The position numbers and the translations under genes were made by a program. DNA of 64,000 bases, taken from a virus. Lineage: Duplodnaviria; Caudoviricetes. Below the pieces are notes generated by a model that saw only the letters and a list, made by a program, of their open reading frames with translations, was not told the DNA's origin and made no database searches. The DNA lies in IMG/VR virus record IMGVR_UViG_3300014204_000006, positions 37,484 to 101,483 of that record; one strand, written 5' to 3'. Numbering within the stretch: the stretch's first letter is position 1; the number at the start of each line of letters is the position of its first letter. Shown here in pieces: positions 51,601 through 59,571 of this stretch.

Positions 51601-53367
51601 TTATTTATCCCACGAGTCAAAAGACTTTAAGGCCGTGATCGCTTCAGAATCCTGGTCAGATTTTTTACTTGTTTTTTCGTCATAGAAATATCTACCAAAT
51701 TGGAAATCAAGAGTAGCATTAACAGCAATACCCGACTTACGGTTCTTTACAAGCCATATTTTTGCTTGATTATTACTAATCCCAAAATCATCTTTTTCTC
51801 TTCCGATGAAAAAAACAGTATCCGCCTCCTGAGCAATTCCCAAAGAATCTCGGATGTCATTCAAGTCTGGAATTTTAGAATTTGTCTTTTTGACATGAAC
51901 CGGAAGCAAGATAATTAGGCCGTGTTTTATAGCTAATTTTTTAAGAGACCGAACTGTGTGCGTGATAGCATCAGCTGCGTTAGAATAATTCCCCTTTGGA
52001 GCCCTTAAAAAGCCTAAGTGGTCAATGCAAACAACTTTTATTCCCCATTTTTTTATGGCTTTTTCTATAACATCTGAAATCCATTCTGTATCCCCAGATT
52101 CATTGAACCGTGGCATAAATATTGGGGTATCAGAATCAGCTCCCATCAGTTTAAATTTATCCCAAAGCGGTCTGGCTAAAACTTCGTAAGAGAACCACAG
52201 CGAAGGGAGCTTTTCTGTCTTTGATTTTCCTCCTGTTGCCAAAGTGACGCTCCAATCCTGAATAAGGGTTGTTTTTCCGTGTCCACTCTGGCCCGCCACA
52301 ACTATCAGCTCACCAGCTGAAAAACCACCCAACAAAGCTTCGTCAAAAGGCAACATATCAATGGGATAAGTGTGCTCAGAATCTATTTTTTGTAAGTCTG
52401 CCACTTTTGAAACGTGTAGCGTTTCTTTCGGGTCAGATTCAACAACTTCCGTTATCTCTCCCGTGACAGTGTCTACGTCCAAATTTTTAAGGTCAGTGCC
52501 GCCATCCGGTTTATAAGCCACCTTGGTACTCTCCACACTGGTATCGGGCTCTGGACCCCACGTTTTGGAGCTTGAGAGCGATTTTGAATAGTCTCTCCCG
52601 CCTGGATTTTGTTGAATTTCTTTTTGCTCGATAGATTTCCAGGTAGCCAATATCTCTCGATGTGGCAAAGGCGGGTTATTTTTCATGTTTGCTTGCTCAA
52701 ATAAACTCCATCCCAGACTGCCCCAAAGACTTGGGTGCAGTTTGGCGTGAATCGAACCGGCGAACTTAGCCATGGAGTCATTTCTGTTCCCTGTTCCAGC
52801 TCCATCATAAACCAGTCCGGAATCTGATTTTTCTGGAAACTCAGGATTTTGACTTCGAACGTACCACGGGAGACCCTCTGTGGCGTTCACCAGTACACCT
52901 AGAAACGTCTTTCGGGTACTAATACCCATAGTACTAGGCTGAAGGGTGTTAAGAGCCTCATAGGTCCCTTTTGAGCTTCGTGACCCGGCTGCGATGACAT
53001 ATCCGCCTTCGGACCTAATATCTACACTCGGAAAAACCTTCACAGCGTTTTTAAATGCTTTATCATAAGCAAAATAGTAATGTCTGCCCAAGCCACCAGT
53101 TTTTACGGTATAAGTTTCATCCGTGATCAAGCCGAAATCTCCATCATGTTCCACGTCAATAACCGTAAGGTTGCTTATTTCGCCAGTGACGATTCCGATT
53201 TGGGCATCTGGGTTTTTTTCCCACCAAGCAACCACTTCTGGCACAGTCGCTCGGCGAGTCTGAAATTCTTTCCATGCGATCAACGGACGCTTTTCTAACC
53301 CAACTGGGATGATGGAATAACCCTTAAAAAGATAATTTAAGGCTAATTCAAGCATTTTTTCTTTCAT
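51601..53367 (-). CDS. Prim-Pol primase fused to a DnaB-like helicase
   Basis: KRPLI.WK, GIVTG..S.L.VIDVE, TGG.GRHYYF, DIR..GGYV, GNRND (PriCT); GQSGHGKT, IDHL, S.GIAQEAD, KNR. Confidence 0.9.
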   Translation of the reverse strand: MKEKMLELALNYLFKGYSIIPVGLEKRPLIAWKEFQTRRATVPEVVAWWEKNPDAQIGIVTGEISNLTVIDVEHDGDFGLITDETYTVKTGGLGRHYYFAYDKAFKNAVKVFPSVDIRSEGGYVIAAGSRSSKGTYEALNTLQPSTMGISTRKTFLGVLVNATEGLPWYVRSQNPEFPEKSDSGLVYDGAGTGNRNDSMAKFAGSIHAKLHPSLWGSLGWSLFEQANMKNNPPLPHREILATWKSIEQKEIQQNPGGRDYSKSLSSSKTWGPEPDTSVESTKVAYKPDGGTDLKNLDVDTVTGEITEVVESDPKETLHVSKVADLQKIDSEHTYPIDMLPFDEALLGGFSAGELIVVAGQSGHGKTTLIQDWSVTLATGGKSKTEKLPSLWFSYEVLARPLWDKFKLMGADSDTPIFMPRFNESGDTEWISDVIEKAIKKWGIKVVCIDHLGFLRAPKGNYSNAADAITHTVRSLKKLAIKHGLIILLPVHVKKTNSKIPDLNDIRDSLGIAQEADTVFFIGREKDDFGISNNQAKIWLVKNRKSGIAVNATLDFQFGRYFYDEKTSKKSDQDSEAITALKSFDSWDK

Positions 53368-54074
53368 ATGTTTATTGTTTTTAGATTTATTCGCTTGTCT
53401 CCTGAAAATTCTACGATATTGCAATAGCCAAATAACCTGGAAGCTATTCTTTCTCCAAAAACTTCGTTGAAATCGTCTGGTGGAACGTTCGTGGTTATAA
53501 TTATCGGCATAAAATAATTGAACCTCTTATCTAAAAAAGACAATATTTTTTCAGATTCAAACTCTGTCAATTTTTTAGCGGATAGGTCGTCAAAGACTAA
53601 AATCCCTTTATATAAGCCAGAAATATTGTTTATTTTATCCCAAGTTGAACCTAAAGATTCATAAGAATTATTGTAAAATTCTTCTTTTATTTTTGAAAAA
53701 GCATCAGTGTGGTTAGTAATAAACCCTATTATTTCTGGGTTTTTTTCTATAAGCCTGTTTATCACAGCATAGGCAGCGTATGTCTTTCCACTCCCAGCAG
53801 GTCCGCAAAAAATTATTCCAACCTTGTCATTTTTTTCCTTATCCTCAAGCATTTCTCCCACAGTAGACAGTATTTCATCTCTCATCGGATTATTTATATT
53901 TTCAACATTTGCATCAAAAAAACGCTCAGGTATCTGTTTTTTTATCATTTTTTTACGCTGTTCCCAGATATTTTCCACCGCTAAAGTACAAATTTCTATT
54001 GATTTTGCTGGATTATTTTCACACATCCGGATTATGCGATCTTCTTTTGTTTCAAGTTTAAAGCTATTAGCCAT
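53364..54074 (-). CDS. DnaC/IstB-like helicase loader ATPase
   Basis: GPAGSGKT, LVFDDL, IITTN, ERIASRL. Confidence 0.85.
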   Translation of the reverse strand: MANSFKLETKEDRIIRMCENNPAKSIEICTLAVENIWEQRKKMIKKQIPERFFDANVENINNPMRDEILSTVGEMLEDKEKNDKVGIIFCGPAGSGKTYAAYAVINRLIEKNPEIIGFITNHTDAFSKIKEEFYNNSYESLGSTWDKINNISGLYKGILVFDDLSAKKLTEFESEKILSFLDKRFNYFMPIIITTNVPPDDFNEVFGERIASRLFGYCNIVEFSGDKRINLKTINI

Positions 54075-54079
54075 ATTTT

Positions 54080-55093
54080 TTAAATTAAATTATTTACTTT
54101 TTCATCTTTTTCAATAAATGACTCTCTTCTGGCTTTTCTTTCCTCCGCCATTTCTTTTAGTCTAGCATCCCTGGCCAATTTATGCTCATCGGTGCTGATA
54201 GACTTCTGAGCATAGAGCCCACCTGTCTTTGAAACGTATGCCTCCACCTTTGCCAGCTTGATCGTGCAGAACTCATAAACCGTTCCCACGCTTGGCCGAT
54301 AGGGATCAGTTTTGCCTTTGGCGTATTTATCTATCAAGTCTTGAATTTGAACTTTCGTGTATCGTTCCATCAACGCCTGGACCGCTACCCGGGTCGGAGG
54401 TTTTGCGAAAGCTGAACTCTTGCCAACGAAATCTCCGGGGACGATTTTTAAAAATAGCGCAATTATTTCATTTACCGATTCTCCATTTTTTTCTATTTTT
54501 TTTTCTAATGGTTTTTTTTTACCATTTGTTTTTAATCGTTCCTGTTTTTCCGGAGGAAAAACTAAATGTTCTTGTCTACTGTCTATGTCAAGATTCTGAT
54601 TCTGTCTTATATTGGATGTTCCAGAAATGGAACATCGTTCGGGTAGTGATGTTCCATTTTTGACACAGCGATGTTCCATTTTTGACACATCACTTTTTTC
54701 GACTGATGTATCATTTTTGACACATCCAGATGTATCATTTTCGATACATCCAATTGGATGTTCCATTTTTGACACATCACTAACGACTCTTTTGAATCTT
54801 TTTTTGGCTTTTAAAACATTTACACACATGCCTTTTGGAGTTCTTAATACAGATATATACCCATTCTTTTTTAACTCTTTTATCCATCTAACATAAGTTG
54901 ATCTAGAAAGATTTAATTCTTTCTCCACATCTGAAAAAATTATAGGCTTACCTCCTAGTACCTTACCTGAATCACCTTTAATTACAGTAATTTTATCTAA
55001 AAACCATATATAAAGCCACAGAGTTTCCCTCATGTTTTTATGATGTTCTCTTTCTAATAAATTATTCGACACCTCAATATAAAATCCTTTCAT
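54080..55093 (-). CDS. Replication initiator (winged-HTH, lambda O-like) carrying iterons
   Basis: N-terminal HTH (LNLSRSTY.RWIKELK..GYI); internal repeats; upstream of the loader. Confidence 0.75.
   Translation of the reverse strand: MKGFYIEVSNNLLEREHHKNMRETLWLYIWFLDKITVIKGDSGKVLGGKPIIFSDVEKELNLSRSTYVRWIKELKKNGYISVLRTPKGMCVNVLKAKKRFKRVVSDVSKMEHPIGCIENDTSGCVKNDTSVEKSDVSKMEHRCVKNGTSLPERCSISGTSNIRQNQNLDIDSRQEHLVFPPEKQERLKTNGKKKPLEKKIEKNGESVNEIIALFLKIVPGDFVGKSSAFAKPPTRVAVQALMERYTKVQIQDLIDKYAKGKTDPYRPSVGTVYEFCTIKLAKVEAYVSKTGGLYAQKSISTDEHKLARDARLKEMAEERKARRESFIEKDEKVNNLI
54615..54781. repeat. Iterons, putative replication origin
   Basis: GATGT(T/A)(C/T)CATTTT(T/C)GA(C/T)ACA at 54648, 54670, 54705, 54729 and 54757, plus palindrome GATGTTCCA-GAAA-TGGAACATC at 54615. 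Confidence 0.8.
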
Positions 55094-55220
55094 ATAATTT
55101 TTTACAACTTAAAAGAAGCATCAAACTGCCCAGGTCCTACTAAAAACCTATAATTTGATGCTTCTTTTAAGCCATAATTAACAAAAATAGTAGATTTGGA
55201 CATAATTTTTCATATAATAT

Positions 55221-55688
55221 TTAAATTTGGGTATTTACTGGAGAATATATCCCATTGTTATTCAGAATTTTAGTAACATATGATCTAGAAATACATGCTT
55301 TTTCGGCTATATCCTTATGTCTAATACATTTTTTATTTAAATTAATAATAAATTTAGTTAAATTTTTTAATTTTTCATCCCTATTATTTATATAAAAATT
55401 GTTAAAAGCCTCATCTATTCTTTTTTTTCTTCTTTTACCTAAATATTTATATATATATTTTAAAAATATTATTGCATTTTCACCACTCATTGACCACATC
55501 CAAATTTCTTTTAAATGACCCTTTCTAAGCCCTAATGGATAAATTGTTCCTCCGAATATTTCTTTTAAATTTTCTAAAACATCTAAATCTGTAGATTGTA
55601 GGGTGGCCCTTAAAGATCCACCATGGATTATAGTGCTCCCTTCTCCCTCAAATAAACCAGCTGCCCATGCCTTATCCTCTTTTTTCAT
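55221..55688 (-). CDS. Free-standing single-motif LAGLIDADG endonuclease with C-terminal HTH
   Basis: AWAAGLFEGEGS motif, STD.DVL......FGG.I. Confidence 0.8.
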   Translation of the reverse strand: MKKEDKAWAAGLFEGEGSTIIHGGSLRATLQSTDLDVLENLKEIFGGTIYPLGLRKGHLKEIWMWSMSGENAIIFLKYIYKYLGKRRKKRIDEAFNNFYINNRDEKLKNLTKFIINLNKKCIRHKDIAEKACISRSYVTKILNNNGIYSPVNTQI

Positions 55689-55705
55689 ATAATGTTTAAA
55701 ATTAG

Positions 55706-55776
55706 TTGCGGGGACCAGAATCGAACTGGCTTGTGCGGATTATGAGCCCGCCGAGTTTCCAATACTCTACCCTGCA
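55706..55776 (-). tRNA. tRNA-Met(CAT), initiator-like
   Basis: GCGGG-CTCATAA-TCCGC anticodon arm, TTCGATT T-loop, CCCCGCAA 3' end. Confidence 0.85.
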
Positions 55777-55817
55777 ATACTTATCTAAAAAGCAGTGTCT
55801 AAATCTTATTTATTTAA

Positions 55818-56135
55818 TTATTGGGTATTTGGCATCCCTACTGGACATGGATTTTTGCCTCTATATAGACTGTTTTCTACCCAATCGAACCATATTGTTC
55901 TTCTGACTATATCCTTTACAGCTTTTCGCTGATCTTTATCTTGAAAAGATGCATCTACTATGGTTAACATTTTCCCCTCAAGGTTTTGTAATGACTCATA
56001 ACTTAATAATCCATAATAATTTCCTTCCCATAAATAACCATCTTTACCTTTGGCACTTAACTTGAAACCTCCATCTTCAAGAGCTTCTATTTTTATAATC
56101 TCTTTTGAGTCTGTTTTTAACATTGACTTTAACAT
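55818..56135 (-). CDS. Hypothetical protein inside the tRNA cluster
   Basis: 105-aa ORF flanked by an inverted repeat. Confidence 0.6.
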   Translation of the reverse strand: MLKSMLKTDSKEIIKIEALEDGGFKLSAKGKDGYLWEGNYYGLLSYESLQNLEGKMLTIVDASFQDKDQRKAVKDIVRRTIWFDWVENSLYRGKNPCPVGMPNTQ

Positions 56136-56395
56136 ATTTTTGACTTGACTAGACTAAACACTGCTTTTTAAAGAACTAGCGGATCATGTGAGAATAGAAT
56201 TTTTCCTGCCATTTTCTATTCTTATTTTTTAAAAGATTTCACAGTTTGGTCTCGGCACTGCTAAGCCATTGTTGTTAATACGCTTTAATCACCAATTCCT
56301 TTCTAGGTTTATAATTAACTAAACACTGTGCACCTACTGCTTGCGAGGCCATAATAGGATTTCTGCCACAAGGCATCGTCATACCCTGCCCATTG

Positions 56396-56467
56396 AGCGA
56401 GTACAGGGATTCGAACCCTGTCAGATAGTTTGGAAAACTACCGTGCAACCATCAACACCTTACTTGC
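56396..56467 (-). tRNA. tRNA-Gly(TCC)
   Basis: GTAGT-TTTCCAA-ACTAT; CAGGG-TTCGAAT-CCCTG. Confidence 0.85.
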
Positions 56468-56554
56468 TTTTTATGCTCCTGCTGTAAAAACATCATCTAT
56501 CATAAATGTATCTATATCACGGAACTTTTTCATAGTTTTACTTTTAATACTTAG

Positions 56555-56626
56555 CGGACTATGTGAGAATCGAACTCACGACCCATCGCCTGACAAACGA
56601 TCGCTCTGCCACTGAGCTAATAATCC
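56555..56626 (-). tRNA. tRNA-Asp(GTC)
   Basis: ATCGT-TTGTCAG-GCGAT; G73. Confidence 0.9.
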
Positions 56627-56634
56627 CTTGTTTG

Positions 56635-56707
56635 AGCTAACAGTAGGAATCGAACCTACAACCTACTGTTTACAAAACAGTTGCTCTACCAGTTGAGCTA
56701 TGCCAGC
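56635..56707 (-). tRNA. tRNA-Thr(TGT)
   Basis: ACTGT-TTTGTAA-ACAGT. Confidence 0.9.
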
Positions 56708-56717
56708 ATATTTTTTG

Positions 56718-56788
56718 AGAGCAAGACTGGATTCAAACCAGTATAATGAGGTTTGTAATCTCACACCTCGCCTTTCGGTAACTTGCCC
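56718..56788 (-). tRNA. tRNA-Cys-like with ACA anticodon (atypical or degenerate)
   Basis: TGAGA-TTACAAA-CCTCA, U73, T-loop TTTGAAT. Confidence 0.55.
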
Positions 56789-56792
56789 GATG

Positions 56793-56873
56793 TGCATAGA
56801 CTAGGATTCGAACCTAGAAACCCGAGGGTTGCGGGTCTACAATCCGCTGTCGTAGCCATTTGACTATCTATGC
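56793..56873 (-). tRNA. tRNA-Tyr(GTA)
   Basis: GCGGA-TTGTAGA-CCCGC, long variable arm, G1-C72 and A73. Confidence 0.8.
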
Positions 56874-56955
56874 GAGTTTTCGATCTATATTAGCTAAATT
56901 CTGTGAAAAGATAGAACACACAATTTAGCTGATATAAACAAAAAATATTATTTTG

Positions 56956-57029
56956 TGTCTCCGATTGGACTTGAACCAATGGCCTACCGCTCTTCAAGCG
57001 GTCGCTACTACCATCTGAGCTACAGAGAC
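56956..57029 (-). tRNA. tRNA-Phe(GAA)
   Basis: ACCGC-TTGAAGA-GCGGT. Confidence 0.85.
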
Positions 57030-57101
57030 GTTATTTGACTCATATTAGCTCAATTCTGTGGAAACAAAACACACACAATTAAGCTAATATGAGTCAAAAT
57101 G

Positions 57102-57173
57102 CCCGCACGGTAGGGATCGAACCTACGACTTTCTCATTAACGGTGAGCCACTCTACCACTGAGTTACACGCGG
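57102..57173 (-). tRNA. tRNA-Asn(GTT)
   Basis: GCTCA-CCGTTAA-TGAGA, G73. Confidence 0.8.
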
Positions 57174-57202
57174 TTTACAGTTTACTATTAACTGTCAACG
57201 TT

Positions 57203-57277
57203 TGGTCAGGGTAGAAGGAATCGAACCTTCCTCACCAGTATCCAAGACTGGCATAATAACCGATATACGATACCCTG
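57203..57277 (-). tRNA. tRNA-Pro(TGG), CCA encoded
   Basis: CCAGT-CTTGGAT-ACTGG, C1-G72, A73-CCA. Confidence 0.85.
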
Positions 57278-57299
57278 TGCATTTTTGGGTCATTTCTTG

Positions 57300-57372
57300 C
57301 ACGAGGGCCGGGATTCGAACCCGGATCAATGGTTTTGGAAGCCATTGTACTTGCCATTTATACTATCCTCGC
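57300..57372 (-). tRNA. tRNA-Trp(CCA)
   Basis: ATGGC-TTCCAAA-ACCAT, G73. Confidence 0.75.
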
Positions 57373-57380
57373 ATTTTGTG

Positions 57381-57452
57381 ATCTGAAGGATAGACTCGAA
57401 CTATCAATTTAGTGCTTCAAAGGCACTTGCCTTACCATTTGGCCACTCCAGA
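57381..57452 (-). tRNA. tRNA-Gln(TTG)
   Basis: AGTGC-CTTTGAA-GCACT, U1-A72. Confidence 0.85.
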
Positions 57453-57542
57453 ATGTATAAAATTACGCCAACTATTGGGGTAATTAAAATTATTCTGTTG
57501 GGGCTGTAATGATTTCATTTTGTTGTTATTAAATATATACCC

Positions 57543-57571
57543 AGCTTATATTAAAGCTAACTATTTGTCAA
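57543..57571 (-). promoter_or_regulatory. Promoter for the tRNA cluster
   Basis: TTGACA(AATAG)-17 bp-TAAGCT. Confidence 0.6.
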
Positions 57572-57581
57572 GGGGGTTAAA

Positions 57582-57884
57582 TTATCCATTGTTATAGCTA
57601 CTATTCGGATTCTGCTGCATATTTACCACTTCCGCTTTTAAAGACTGTAAATTATTTATATACATTCTAGGCTCGACTAGAATCATGCCTTGATTGTATT
57701 GGCTCCTAGCGTCTCTCAGATTTTGTGTTTCAATAAAGTTGAAATAGCCTATGGCTTTCGGTTTAATTCCTTCTATTTGCATATCGATACGTATTAAAGG
57801 GAATTTTAAGGTAACTAGGGCCGAGGCTAAATAAAGATCCCTGGTGGAAAAAACTTTTTCCTCTTCTTTTTCTTGTGCTTCCAT
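57582..57884 (-). CDS. DUF5659-like phage protein
   Basis: FSTRDLYLASALV...F.F........Y..G...VEP..Y....LK. Confidence 0.6.
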   Translation of the reverse strand: MEAQEKEEEKVFSTRDLYLASALVTLKFPLIRIDMQIEGIKPKAIGYFNFIETQNLRDARSQYNQGMILVEPRMYINNLQSLKAEVVNMQQNPNSSYNNG

Positions 57885-57953
57885 TTTTTTAATTTAATTT
57901 AATTATATAAAATCATTATATATTAGTCCTTTTTAACTGATAAACAAAGGGGC

Positions 57954-57982
57954 TTGACAAATGGAAAGGGAGAGAGTAATAT
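57954..57982 (+). promoter_or_regulatory. Promoter upstream of the zinc-finger ORF and RNA array
   Basis: TTGACA(AATGG)-17 bp-TAATAT. Confidence 0.75.
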
Positions 57983-58039
57983 TAAAATATAAATTATTTA
58001 TAAAAGAAAAATTCCACCATTAACAGGTAAATTAAATTT

Positions 58040-58276
58040 ATGCAATACAATAAAAAAGCAAAAACATACTTCAAGGTTACTTGCAAAGAGTGCCACGCCA
58101 AAAGAGAAATTTACAGGACAGGAAAGGATAACTCAAAAAAATTCTACTGTTTAGAATGTCAAAAAATGGTTAGTCCAGTAATAAAAGAAATAATCCATAC
58201 CAAAACTTGCACCCGTTCTATCAAAATTTTTAATGGTTTTTGTGATGAGTGCTTAGGTAAAAAACAAAAATCATGA
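58040..58276 (+). CDS. Small zinc-finger protein
   Basis: CKEC, CLEC, H...C, CDEC. Confidence 0.55.
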   Translation: MQYNKKAKTYFKVTCKECHAKREIYRTGKDNSKKFYCLECQKMVSPVIKEIIHTKTCTRSIKIFNGFCDECLGKKQKS

Positions 58277-58304
58277 TGAAAAAAGATATAGATACTTGAT
58301 AACT

Positions 58305-59154
58305 ATTTATTTAGAGGGATGACGAAAGGACTATGGGTTCTAAGAGAGTCTACGTGATGCATCGGTTAGACTAAGATATCATCCTTCTAAATAGATTATT
58401 ACATGAACATATAGGTTTATGCAGTTATGATTAGATTGCATAGTTATTAGATAATAGTCTCCTGCCACTAAAAATATCCTATCACGCCTCTACTGTTCAT
58501 ATGGCAGCAATGCGAAACCGATAGGAATGACTAGACGAGATTTGTGTCGTTGTTAGTCTAGGTGGTAGGCGTCTATTATCTAAATTAACAATTGATAACG
58601 GTATAAAGTGATAAAGTTAACAAAGAATTGTTATTTAATGGGGGAGAGAGCTGTAAGGCTCATGGGGCGTCAAGATGGCTTACACTATCTTGATGATAAA
58701 CCCCACATCCCCTGCTTACAGGAACAACGAGGCGTCAGTTCACGCCTACAACTTCCCCATTAGATAATAATTGTTATTTAAATGTATGGGTGGCGGAATA
58801 AGACGCTAATGCCGTTCTCCTTGGAATATTGTTATCCGTTGGTCTTAAAACCGACTAGGAGGAGACGAAACTAACAATGTGCAAGATGAAATTTCTTGCC
58901 CCATACATTTAGATTGCAATTGTTATTTTATAAAGGAATTGAATTGAGAAAAGAAAGAGGTTCTCTGCCTTAGATTGTTATCTTAAAAAGCGTAGCATCA
59001 TTCAATTCCCCTATAAGATTGTTTTTTAAATGTAGTAGTGGCGTATGCCAACCGCTAGAAATACCGCGACAGCGAAATTGTGGGGGATCGGCGTCCCATA
59101 GAGTCGTGGTTAAGTAAGGTGCGAATCCTTGCCTACTACATTTAGGTAATAATT
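58305..59154 (+). ncRNA. Tandem array of six stem-closed structured RNA cassettes (two tRNA-like)
   Basis: Units 58305-58396, 58443-58589, 58626-58772, 58769-58921, 58925-59019 and 59017-59154, each with an 18-22 bp terminal stem containing G-U pairs; no ORF of 60 aa or more. Confidence 0.7.
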
Positions 59155-59165
59155 AAGTTTAAAAT

Positions 59166-59327
59166 ATGGAAAAGAAAATAGTAATCCAATGTCCACTTGT
59201 CCCTAATTTTTTAAAGCCCGAAGGAATGGATGAGCCGATTTCAATTCGAGAATTTACCGAGGAAGAATTGCGACAGGTAGCCGCTGAATGGACAGAGGAG
59301 CTTATTAAAAAAAGTCAAAGGAAATAG
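59166..59327 (+). CDS. Small conserved phage protein (53 aa)
   Basis: Manual translation ..PLVPNFL......PISIREFTEEELRQVAAEWTEEL. Confidence 0.55.
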   Translation: MEKKIVIQCPLVPNFLKPEGMDEPISIREFTEEELRQVAAEWTEELIKKSQRK

Positions 59328-59571
59328 AGTTTATAATAATTAACCATAAAAAATATGAATTATTCAAGAGTGGCTAGTGTGTTAGTTGTCAGCTGTGCAT
59401 TTATAGCAATGTGGATTATAAATGGGAATGTTGAGTTAGCAATAGGAGCTATTTATGGAATAATTATTGGTGCATTGGCATTTTTTAAAAATAATTAACC
59501 ATAAAAAATATGAGAAATGAACTATAATAAACTACGTGCTCTCGTCAAATCCTTGCCTCATGGTTTAAGTG

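Noticed and set aside
55221-55776. Group I intron around the LAGLIDADG gene
   Set aside because: The neighbouring tRNA-Met and initiator gene are intact, and the short flanks leave no room for an intron core.
56886-57098. Y RNA / Ro60 system
   Set aside because: The hairpins lack the Ro-binding bulged-C helix, and the vWA protein is CobT-like, not TROVE.
58316-58335. Hammerhead ribozyme (GATGA-C-GAAA)
   Set aside because: Lacks CTGATGA and stem II; the GATGA is part of the closing stem.
58305-59154. CRISPR array
   Set aside because: Junction repeats are degenerate, inserts are ~90-150 nt, unequal and self-structured, and no cas genes are present. The PD-(D/E)XK gene lacks Cas4 cysteines and is a common phage nuclease.
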